Shown: positions 55,193 to 64,000 of the stretch, in pieces
How positions within the stretch are numbered: the first letter of the stretch is position 1
Layout: each line of letters begins with the position of its first letter
Origin: a virus
IMG/VR virus record: IMGVR_UViG_3300046170_000289
Reading direction: 5' to 3' (one strand)
Length of the DNA stretch: 64,000 nucleotides
Notes under the pieces: generated by a model
What the model saw: the letters and a program-made list of their open reading frames with translations, nothing else
Databases searched by the model: none
What the model was told of the DNA's origin: nothing
Program-made: the position numbers and the translations under genes

Positions 55193-56728
55193 TTAGAACT
55201 CTACTACGATCTTAATGTCTTCGATTTGGTCACCAGCACGAGTGATAGCGCCTCTATTATCTATGTAAATAACCCGACCCGAATTTGGCTCAACCTCAGG
55301 TTTTGCATAACCGTTGGTAAAAGACATACCCAAGTCATACTCAGTGTTGTTAATAACACGAGTAGATGCACCTGATACAATTGGGAAGTTGATATCAGGG
55401 TCTGCAGATGCACCAGATGTTGCACCCACAACAGGGTTACCACCCTCAAACTCAATTAGACTACCAGTGAATTCAGGGAAGACACCATCAATTCTATTCT
55501 GGTAATACTTAAGCACTTTGGTTGTGCTATTCCATGAGATCACACGTCCACGGGCAGTCACTTGCTGACCACCAATTGTGCGAGACTGTGTGATAATTTC
55601 GTCAGTAGCAAAGTTACCTGTAAAGGTAGGAGCAAAGATAACTGACTTTGTGGCGGACAGAGTAAGATCTGCTGCCAATTCTGTTGTGCCGAATTTGTTG
55701 GGGTTGATTACCAGACCAATACGACGGTAGTCGTTATCAGTTGGGAAGTCACCACTACCCTCAGCATAGGTAAACTTGGTGTTGATCATGACTCGGTATC
55801 CACCCATCTCTGTCCCTGGCTCAGCACCATGACCGACAGTAGGAGGAATGATCACTTCAACGGTGCCGCCTGATCCTGCACCTGCACCGATACCGTTGAC
55901 TTCATCGATGATGACTTTACCGAAGGTGTATCCTGATCCACCCGAAGTAACAGTAGCAGATACAATGCGACCCCCATCGACAACCAGAGAGACACGACCG
56001 CCAACGCCATCGCCTTTGATAGGTACATTCTCGTAGGTTCCATTGTTATACCCTGCACCTGAAGAAGAAATAATAACTGTATCAATCTCACCACCGATTG
56101 CGTCGGACACCACAGCGGTGTCACTCAGCACAGGCATGTATTCATTAGAGAAGAATTTCAATACGAGACCCACAGGGATCGTATACATATACTTCCAACG
56201 ATAACCGTCAGCAGTGGTAATAATAGAAGTTGAAGTACCCGTAGGCTCAACAGTAGAAGGCTTACCGTTAGGATCACTAGGGGATGTCCCGTTATAGATG
56301 CACTTATAGACTTGATACGATGAGTTAACAACGTAAAAGTCTGCATCATAAAGTTTGGTAGCACCAGAAGACGCGGTTTTAGTTGCGCTGTAGTCATGAC
56401 GATACATATCGTAAACATAACCCAAGCCACCAGTGGTTTGCTCAGGAGGAATCCAGTCAGTCCTACGAATAACTTGAATAGTATCATTCGCCAGCACTCG
56501 CTTCATTGAGATCATGTCAGCGAAGTCATCGCTAAACTCTTGGAAAGAGTCAACAGGATCGGGCGCTGCATTCTCATTGTCCCAAGGTTGGGGACGACCG
56601 ATGAAAACATACAGACGATCACGACTACTTCCAGCTTCACTATCCGTCTGAGCAGGATCGGGACCTTGCAGAGACTTGATAAGTCGGCTAGCAGTAAAAA
56701 TTCTAAATTGGTCGGTTAATAGCGCCAT
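55193..56728 (-). CDS. gp8: Baseplate wedge subunit gp8
   Basis: YVFIGRPQPW, VYKCIYN, DGYRWKYMY and IEDIKIVVEF motifs. Confidence 0.92.
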   Translation of the reverse strand: MALLTDQFRIFTASRLIKSLQGPDPAQTDSEAGSSRDRLYVFIGRPQPWDNENAAPDPVDSFQEFSDDFADMISMKRVLANDTIQVIRRTDWIPPEQTTGGLGYVYDMYRHDYSATKTASSGATKLYDADFYVVNSSYQVYKCIYNGTSPSDPNGKPSTVEPTGTSTSIITTADGYRWKYMYTIPVGLVLKFFSNEYMPVLSDTAVVSDAIGGEIDTVIISSSGAGYNNGTYENVPIKGDGVGGRVSLVVDGGRIVSATVTSGGSGYTFGKVIIDEVNGIGAGAGSGGTVEVIIPPTVGHGAEPGTEMGGYRVMINTKFTYAEGSGDFPTDNDYRRIGLVINPNKFGTTELAADLTLSATKSVIFAPTFTGNFATDEIITQSRTIGGQQVTARGRVISWNSTTKVLKYYQNRIDGVFPEFTGSLIEFEGGNPVVGATSGASADPDINFPIVSGASTRVINNTEYDLGMSFTNGYAKPEVEPNSGRVIYIDNRGAITRAGDQIEDIKIVVEF

Positions 56729-56752
56729 TGTTTACCAATTATCCTATAGATT

Positions 56753-56760
56753 TATTTATG
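56753..56760 (-). promoter_or_regulatory. Late promoter variant CATAAATA upstream of gp8
   Basis: About 25 nt before the ATG. Confidence 0.6.
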
Positions 56761-56763
56761 GGG

Positions 56764-58646
56764 TTAATACTCGCCCTCATTTCTGAGGAAGTTGTTATAC
56801 TCGACTGAGATGATCTTTGCTTGAGCACCAGAGGTATTACCCTGCAGTGTTTCACCAGCAGCAAACTTGTAGGTCGGGTCATTATCTTGAATTGACTTAA
56901 CATCCAGATAGAATTGACCTGCTTTAGGTCCAAGTCTTCTATTTGTAGTCGTCGCTGCAATGCCAGATGTTTGTCCAGTCACAACCTCTTCCCCTCCAGC
57001 ATTGGGGACATTGAAGAGGGTTGCAGTAATGTATTCAATTACGATAATTGCAGAAGAGATATGTGCATCACCATCTCCCAAAGCACCAGCAGACTGGATA
57101 GTAGCAACTAACTGGTTAGGACTACCATCATAGATCTGATCACCAATCTGGAAGAGTGTGGTATTGGTGCCACCTAATTCTTCCTCAATACCATATTTAG
57201 ACGAGGCGATGCCCCCATCTAAATTAACTTGGTTTTCATAATCGGTGCCAGTGTTGAGAAGGTCAGGAATACCGTCTCCAAACTGCTGTACACCTTCAGC
57301 ATCAACAAACTCTTCGTCGTCATCTTCAAACCTTCTGTTTTGAATGACTGACAAGGGTGAAGTAAATGCAACAATTTCGCTGCCTTCTGCTTCAACCAAA
57401 GTATGTGGTGCAACGCCAGTTGCAGATGATCCAGAAGTACCTGCAAAGAATGCAATAATTTTAGACTTCTCACCTGATCTACCAGCATCAATAAATGCCA
57501 ACTCGTCAACTTGGAATGTTAGATATAATGCTCTCTCAGTCTCATCCCAGTCATAGACAATAGCGACTCTGTTAGTTGCATTCTCAATAACACGTCTAAC
57601 TTTATCCGTAACTTGGAAGTCATAAAGTGTGTCTCCCGTATTGGATCATTTTGGAGAGTGTCAAGAATGACCTTCTGATCAAATCTAAAGTTTGTGCCTC
57701 GGTCACATCCAGTAAATGATGTGGCAGTCTTACCTGTATATCTGACAACTTCTCTACCGAGAAGGAATTTACCAGATCCAGGATAAGGTGCAGTTGACTC
57801 AACGTGAATGGTTTCATCACCAGTTGACACGTCAGTCAGAATACCTGACAAATTGTAAACAACAGAGTTTAGAGACTGTCTGTTTCTTGCAGTCTTAATC
57901 AGGTTTGTATCTCTTGTAAAGATAACCTGAGGAGCATTCACATAACCATCACCACCTGCAACGAGGTCAATGGTTGTAATAGATCCAAGGTCAATAAATG
58001 CCGAAGCACTAGCACCAGATCCACCACCACCAATAATTTGAATTAGAGGAGGATCTTCAAAGAATTCACCAGGATTGGTGAGGGTAATTGCAGTAACTTT
58101 ACCAAATGGATTGACGCCAGCAACACCAGTTGCACCCTGTCCACCACCACCTGAGATGATAATGTTGACATCTTCTTCAGTATAGTTTCTACCAAACTCT
58201 TCAATAGCAAGACCTGTAACCAGACCTGTAATAGGCACCAACTCAGATCCAGATCCACCACCACCTTTAACTTCTGCTTCAGCAGCAAAGTATTCATCAC
58301 CAAACTGAGTCATCTGGATGAAGTCAATACCACCGTCTTGCTTCAGGAAGATCTTACCTTCAGCAGGGACAGTTGCATTCTCATCAGTAATTTCCAGACG
58401 CATGGGGTCATACCCTTCGCCAGGATCAAGGACTTCTACAGCAGTGATCTCACCAAGACTGCCATCGATGACTGGTCTAAGCACAGCATCCCTGATAGGA
58501 GTGCCACAATTTTCAATACGAAGTCTAGGGGGGTCAGTAGGATCATACCCACTACCTCCCGCAGTAACATAAACTTCTCTTACCCCGAATATACTATTAA
58601 ATACGGGAAAAATTGAAGCACCAGATCCAGGGACTGTTCTTGTCAT
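56764..58646 (-). CDS. Baseplate-associated structural protein (about 627 aa; split by an apparent 1-nt deletion near 57640)
   Basis: Repeated GxGY..P.I.I.GGGG.GA.A units. Frames join as DPNTGDTLYDFQVTDK if one A is added to the run at about 57641. Confidence 0.75.
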
Positions 58647-60127
58647 TAGACAACCACGAGATTACCGACCATTCCAGAGTGAATGGTGCATTGATAGACA
58701 TATGTTGTGCCTGCTGCTAGGTCCATAGGCACGGTCCAGTATTGGACACCACTTTGTGATCCACTCACACCAGCAGTTACAGCAGATCCACCATTTGTCT
58801 GTCTTAGAGCGAATGGGTGACCGCCACCAGTGGTGTTGTTAAATCTATATGTGAAACCACGATAGACATAGATGGTTGGGTTTCCACTTCCACTCCATCC
58901 ATTGTTGCTAAAGTTGTATCCAGCACCTGTGCTTCCAGAAATCTCGAAACCAACAGCAGCAGTTGCAACCGCTTCAACTTCACCACTTGCATTAGTAATG
59001 AAACTCTGATTCTCTGATAGAGTCTGACCACTAGCAAGATATATTTCAGCAGCAATGCTGACGGTATTAGCAGTAACAGTTGTCGTTACACCGTTGCCAC
59101 CATTAACTGCCAATGATCCAGTAGTGGAATCGGAAGTAGTAGTGCCAGAATCGCCAGTTACCGTAGCAAAAATATTTTGATCAACGTTAGGGGAATCATT
59201 AGTGATTGTTAGATTATCACCACCCACAGCAGTGGAGATCCCAGTGCCACCAATAAGGTTAATAGTAGCAGTAGTAGAAGTAGCTGTTTTGGATCCCGCA
59301 TCAGATCCGATAACAGAGAAAAGATTCTGATCAGCATCTCCCAACGTCCCCGTCATGTCAATGGTTAACGTATCTCCAGCAATAGTTGTGGAGATATTTG
59401 TGCCACCAGCCACAGTAAGCACGTCAGTAGCAGCACTCGCAGTAGTAGATCCCGTATCAGCATTAAAACCTTCAAATAAATTCTGTGTAGATCCACCGCC
59501 TCCAGATGCAGTAGCATCGTTGTCTGGATACCAATTGCTATTGGCAGCAGACCACTTAAGGACTTGACCATCGGAGGGACCACCACCAACTGTCATGTCA
59601 ACATCGGTTAACTCACCAACGCTAGATCCAGTATCCAGCAATTGAATCCAAGATCCATGTGCAAAATAACCATGCCCTTCAGCATGGACATGAGCAAACA
59701 TACCATGGTGTGTTGCCACATCAGGTAGATCAGTCAGGGTTGGGTAAGGAGCGGACCACTTAAGGTATCCGTCATCACCGTCAACATATGCTAGTGCGCT
59801 TCCAGCACCACCTTTCCAGAATTTAATATCACCTGTGCCTGCTGGCATGATATTAACGTCTTCATTCGTATCTGAGACGATCTTATACGTCTTAACGTTA
59901 AGGTCTGCACTCAGTTGATCAACATGTCCCTCAGCAAATTGAGATCCATTCCATTTCAGCACCTGTCCAGCGGCAGGAGTGCCTACATTCACCAACAAGT
60001 TGGTGTCATTGCCAAGAGCGGTATAGATTTCGTCAATAACGCTATTCAGTTTGATAGCACCATCTCTGAGACTATCACCTGTCCCGTCGTTTGCTGACGA
60101 TCCAATACTAAGATTCTGCTTTGCCAT
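58646..60127 (-). CDS. gp9/gp10-like baseplate appendage protein with a His-rich motif and a C-terminal cupredoxin-like domain
   Basis: N-terminal KQNLSIGSSANDGTGDSLRDGAIKLN; HHGMFAHVHAEGHGYFAH; GHPF...YQCTIHSGM. Confidence 0.8.
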   Translation of the reverse strand: MAKQNLSIGSSANDGTGDSLRDGAIKLNSVIDEIYTALGNDTNLLVNVGTPAAGQVLKWNGSQFAEGHVDQLSADLNVKTYKIVSDTNEDVNIMPAGTGDIKFWKGGAGSALAYVDGDDGYLKWSAPYPTLTDLPDVATHHGMFAHVHAEGHGYFAHGSWIQLLDTGSSVGELTDVDMTVGGGPSDGQVLKWSAANSNWYPDNDATASGGGGSTQNLFEGFNADTGSTTASAATDVLTVAGGTNISTTIAGDTLTIDMTGTLGDADQNLFSVIGSDAGSKTATSTTATINLIGGTGISTAVGGDNLTITNDSPNVDQNIFATVTGDSGTTTSDSTTGSLAVNGGNGVTTTVTANTVSIAAEIYLASGQTLSENQSFITNASGEVEAVATAAVGFEISGSTGAGYNFSNNGWSGSGNPTIYVYRGFTYRFNNTTGGGHPFALRQTNGGSAVTAGVSGSQSGVQYWTVPMDLAAGTTYVYQCTIHSGMVGNLVVV

Positions 60128-60152
60128 GGTTGGTAGATTTCTACAGTGTTAT

Positions 60153-61745
60153 TTAGGTGCCATCGAAGGTTTGTGCCGTAGAGTCGAGAGTGCTCTGCGT
60201 GCTATCGAATCTATTAGCGGTAGATCCGCTACCACCACCAGATCCAGTAACAGTTAATGTTGCTGCATTAGAGTCGAGTGGTGAGTTTTCTGCCTGTTGT
60301 GATACTCCAAGAGGACCAATGATACGACAACGGAATCTGTATCCCGTCATGTATGTGAGGACGCTCAGAGTATAAGAGTTTGTAGTTGCTCCTGTAATAG
60401 CAGCAAATGCGAAACCGCCATCGGTGGATCGATACCACTGATATGCAATAGGTCCGTCTTCTGGACTGATCTCTGCCTGGACAGAGAATGTTGCTGTCTC
60501 TCCTGGGTTTGCCGAAGCATTCTGGGGTTGGTTGATAAACGCCAGAGTTGGGAGGACTGGTGGACCACCGTCACCGCCACCACCACTAGGTGGAGCAGCA
60601 GGTGCTTGTAGTGTGAAGTTTGTATTGATGGTCTCTCTAGTAGAGTTTCCAATCATGTATGGAAATTCAGGAGCATCAATATCATCTGGGTCTACAGTTA
60701 AGAAATAGGCATAGGTGCCATTCTGAAACTCAGGTGTGATACAAAATCTACCATTATGGTAGTCTAGGTCACCAGTTGCCTCAACATACTCCCAGTCCTG
60801 CACCAGAGCGCCTGCAGGGGGGTTTTGGATGGTGTTACCATAGTCAGGTCTACCTGCTGCCTCAACTGATAAAGTTGAGTAGGAAGATGTCATAACTCTA
60901 GGGGTAGACAGATTGTCCCATGGAGATGCATAAGCATAAGGTCCATAGATGGGGAATCCATCAAATGCATACCCGATGATCTTGGAGTGACCGTCAGGAT
61001 GTCTTAGGTTGTCACCGTTATATTGTGTAGTGCCATAATAATCATTGTATCCTGCCATTGCTGACCCTTCTCGCCAGCAATCAAGGAAGTGTGTGTCGTG
61101 GTAGTGATACTGACCATTTTGCTCAGGATGTCCACCACAATTATCATCACCAAAGTCCACAGGGGATTGTGGGTAGTGAGCATTCCAACTGAATCCTACT
61201 GGCGGGTTCCCACCATTACCCGCAGAAGGGTTAAACAAAGCAACGCCGTTAGCGGCAATGCCAATAGTGCCCAAAGGAGTTGCACTTCTTCCATTCCGTT
61301 GATCATAGTATTCGTAAGTGCCAGAGGTGAGAGACTCTTGGTCTCTCATAATAAGGTCAAGTCTATCTGATGTTGCCAACCAACATTCGTCTTCGATGGA
61401 TGTAAAGGTAGTGCCCTTATAAAGGAATACTCTCTTAATACCATCACTGAAGGTAAACATAAGTCTGTCACCCACCTGGATCTCATTGTTAAACAATGAG
61501 TTATCATTACCAGATATGACTATAGACCTAAGGAAACCATCTTGATTCCAAACGTTACTGTCGAATGTACGACTAATACCAAAGGACCCACCACGGTAAA
61601 TGAAGGCATGATCGAAATCCTGCTCCGTTACTGTGTTTGGGTTGTTGGCATTAGGAAACGTGCCATAACCTACAGGAGCGGGAAGACCATCCGCCGCTAC
61701 TGTAAGAATGTCAGTGGCATCGTTATAACTTGCAGTTGCCCCCAT
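60153..61745 (-). CDS. YHYH-domain protein with a C-terminal Ig-like domain
   Basis: GIAANGVALFNP, GGHPEQNGQYHYH, GYAFDGFPIYGP and LDYHNGRF motifs; QPQN...YQWYRS Ig domain. Confidence 0.88.
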   Translation of the reverse strand: MGATASYNDATDILTVAADGLPAPVGYGTFPNANNPNTVTEQDFDHAFIYRGGSFGISRTFDSNVWNQDGFLRSIVISGNDNSLFNNEIQVGDRLMFTFSDGIKRVFLYKGTTFTSIEDECWLATSDRLDLIMRDQESLTSGTYEYYDQRNGRSATPLGTIGIAANGVALFNPSAGNGGNPPVGFSWNAHYPQSPVDFGDDNCGGHPEQNGQYHYHDTHFLDCWREGSAMAGYNDYYGTTQYNGDNLRHPDGHSKIIGYAFDGFPIYGPYAYASPWDNLSTPRVMTSSYSTLSVEAAGRPDYGNTIQNPPAGALVQDWEYVEATGDLDYHNGRFCITPEFQNGTYAYFLTVDPDDIDAPEFPYMIGNSTRETINTNFTLQAPAAPPSGGGGDGGPPVLPTLAFINQPQNASANPGETATFSVQAEISPEDGPIAYQWYRSTDGGFAFAAITGATTNSYTLSVLTYMTGYRFRCRIIGPLGVSQQAENSPLDSNAATLTVTGSGGGSGSTANRFDSTQSTLDSTAQTFDGT

Positions 61746-61759
61746 GGTTTTACTTTTAT

Positions 61760-64000
61760 TTAGATGTCGTCGAAGATTAGATCTGGAGTGAAGTTACTAA
61801 TTACAGTAGCACCAGTCTGGACCGTGAGGATAGCAGACAGTGAGTAAACAGGTGTAGCACCTGCAGCAGTAATTGCAACTCTGTATTCGTCACCATCGTC
61901 TGCCTGAGCGGCATCGTTGGTGTTGTATGTTGACTGGTTAGCACCGATGATGTTACTCCAAGTCTGAGTGCCGTATTCCTTCTTCTGCCACTGGTAGTTG
62001 AGTTGCTGACTGTTGGAAACAGTAGCAGCAACCGTGAAGGATGCAGTCTGACCTTGGTTAACTGTCACGTTGACAGGATCCTGAGCGATTGTAATCGCGC
62101 CAGGAGTAATCGTAGTGGTGTCGCCATCAATTGCCTCATCAGCGTTGTAGATATCTCTACCACCGTTGACAGGAGTGCCTGAAGGATTAACAAAGTCATC
62201 TGGGACCACGCTATCGATAGCAACGATTGGTTGCAGATAGGAAACGCCAGGGGTCTTCACGTCAATGCGTGTGATACCCATGAGTGCCTTGATGCGACCA
62301 TCGAAACCAGAGGATGAAATCACGTCCACGTTAGGACGTGAGGTGTAACCATCACCAGAGTTGGTGAGAATTGCGCTACTCAATTGACCAGAGCGGATCT
62401 GAGCAATTGCAGCAGCGTTACGACCCTTAACGGATCCTGTGTATTCAAAGGTGATCAGTGAGTTGGAAGATTCGATCAGAGCAACGTCACGAGCGAATTC
62501 TTCACCGTCAATCTCAAGTTTGTCACCTGCTTCCACAGGTGGCACAACGGTTGCAGCGATCACGTCAGTGTCAGATCCAATGTAGGAGAATCCAACAAAG
62601 GTTGATCCTGCGCGAGGCACTTCAGCGAAGATGATTCTAGATCCGACAATCTCGTATGCGACGCCAGGTTCCTGAATGATACCGTTGAGTGAAACAATGA
62701 TGTTGTTTTCTGGGCGAATCACGTTAGAAGAAACACCCTCAGTCAGAGTCAGTGAGTAGAAGAGACCTTCACGTCTGAGGTTGAAGGACGAGCGCAAGGA
62801 GTCAAACTCGAAGCTGATATCGTCCATCTGACGGAGTTTACCAACATAGTAACCAACGAATTCAGATCCAATGTCGGGTGCCTCAGAGAAGTTAATCTTG
62901 TCAGAGAATGCGACATAGGAGTTGTTACCACCAGGAGGTTGTAGGATACCGTTGACAAAGATGAGCATGTGACCAGCGGGATCTGGGAAGTATGCTTCAC
63001 CGTTGCTGATAGTGAGATCAAACTGAGTCTGAGTGCCATCGAAACCACGGAAGTAACGATCAACACGACCCTCAAGTGTGCGTGCAGAGGCAACTGCTCC
63101 ACCCCAACCGTAGTCGGAGGTGACGGTCATATTGTTAAGGAAGTCACCCTTGACATTTTCCAACCAGACGGTTGCTGTAATGCCCTGCTGATCAATAGCA
63201 GCCACGCGCCCGTAAGAGTTATATGCAGTGTCAGTGTAGGATGTAACGTTGGCATAGATGCTTGGGAAGTTACTACCAATATCAAGTTTACCAATGTTAT
63301 TAGCACCTGTAATAACATCAGAGATGTCAGTGCCAACGCCCACAGGAATCAGGTTACCAATAAACAAGCGATGGATGCCATAGTTTGGATCAGTAGGATC
63401 TGCGTTGACGCCATTGATGTATTGGGTTACCGTTGCACGGAAACCAGGATCTTTCAATGTGGTGCCCTGCAGGAGGACAACCTCATCACCCACTCGGAAT
63501 GTATCAGAAACGCCCGTATCAATGATTGCAGTGCCAAGCTCCAACTGATAGATGTTGGTGCCGTGGATATACTGGTTAAGTTGAATCTGTGTGCCAGAGA
63601 GACCCTTAATTTCGAGAATGTAGTCAGTGACGCTACCGTAGATGATATCGCCAGCATCCCATGCATCTCCGATGGTTTCAACGTCAATCGTAATACGACC
63701 ACCGTCATTACCCGTAAGGGATCCAGACTTATTGAGGTATTGATTAGCGTATGCCTCAACAGCAGAATTCTTATCAAACAACCAATCGCCTTGTGCGAAT
63801 GATCCTTTCTCGACGTTGATCAACATGCGAGAATCGAAGGAAACAACATCAGCAGTTGTGCCGCTGTCATCACCAACCAGAGTATCGCCCACGTTGATTA
63901 TACCCGCGACAGAAACCAAGTTGAGGAAGTTTTCTCCATCATTATTTGTGAGACCTGTCTGCAGACATTGACCATTGATTACTGGGTTTCCATTGACTCT
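61760..64000 (-). CDS. C-terminal part of a giant virion structural / baseplate protein (5' end outside the window)
   Basis: Frame open to 64000; MLIFVNGILQPP and IIVSLNGIIQEPG repeats; terminal Ig-like domain (YQWQKK). Confidence 0.85.
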   Translation of the reverse strand, partial: RVNGNPVINGQCLQTGLTNNDGENFLNLVSVAGIINVGDTLVGDDSGTTADVVSFDSRMLINVEKGSFAQGDWLFDKNSAVEAYANQYLNKSGSLTGNDGGRITIDVETIGDAWDAGDIIYGSVTDYILEIKGLSGTQIQLNQYIHGTNIYQLELGTAIIDTGVSDTFRVGDEVVLLQGTTLKDPGFRATVTQYINGVNADPTDPNYGIHRLFIGNLIPVGVGTDISDVITGANNIGKLDIGSNFPSIYANVTSYTDTAYNSYGRVAAIDQQGITATVWLENVKGDFLNNMTVTSDYGWGGAVASARTLEGRVDRYFRGFDGTQTQFDLTISNGEAYFPDPAGHMLIFVNGILQPPGGNNSYVAFSDKINFSEAPDIGSEFVGYYVGKLRQMDDISFEFDSLRSSFNLRREGLFYSLTLTEGVSSNVIRPENNIIVSLNGIIQEPGVAYEIVGSRIIFAEVPRAGSTFVGFSYIGSDTDVIAATVVPPVEAGDKLEIDGEEFARDVALIESSNSLITFEYTGSVKGRNAAAIAQIRSGQLSSAILTNSGDGYTSRPNVDVISSSGFDGRIKALMGITRIDVKTPGVSYLQPIVAIDSVVPDDFVNPSGTPVNGGRDIYNADEAIDGDTTTITPGAITIAQDPVNVTVNQGQTASFTVAATVSNSQQLNYQWQKKEYGTQTWSNIIGANQSTYNTNDAAQADDGDEYRVAITAAGATPVYSLSAILTVQTGATVISNFTPDLIFDDI

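Noticed and set aside
1-64000. tRNA genes, CRISPR arrays, rRNA, known riboswitches, alternative genetic code
   Set aside because: Intergenic gaps are short and none showed such patterns by eye; core genes read through under the standard code. tRNAscan or Infernal was not run.

Overview
A 64-kb segment of a T4-like cyanomyovirus genome (Kyanoviridae-type, probably infecting marine Synechococcus or Prochlorococcus; the host is inferred from the petE/talC/gnd auxiliary genes and the gene order). Every credible gene is on the minus strand. In transcription order (right to left) the window holds: baseplate and virion appendage genes (partial giant structural protein, YHYH protein, gp9/10-like protein with a cupredoxin-like tail, gp8, 2435-aa VrlC/DUF4815-like protein); a 2318-aa tail fibre; neck gp13/14/15 and gp16; the variable g16-g17 island (putative internal head proteins, petE, talC, gnd, a train of small peptides, an SNase nuclease, a 2OG-Fe(II) oxygenase); gp17 to gp23; gp3, uvsY, uvsW, gp55, gp47/46; a zincin-VWA plus MoxR AAA+ pair; and the clamp/clamp-loader operon, interrupted by two 2OG-Fe(II) oxygenases and a Dam methylase, followed by regA. 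No tRNA, CRISPR array, intron, intein, homing endonuclease or reverse transcriptase was recognised. Three single-base indels (gp18, the 56764-58646 gene, the DUF3310/gp45 junction) look like assembly errors. The most interesting signals are: T4-type capsid-targeting sequences on a basic polyprotein-like ORF and its neighbour; a 7-9-7 palindrome conserved over the -10 boxes of both the MoxR and the VWA-peptidase genes; back-to-back sigma70 promoters sharing a palindrome at gp55, one of them antisense; and predicted metal-binding domains on baseplate appendages. All family assignments come from recognising motifs by eye, not from database searches.
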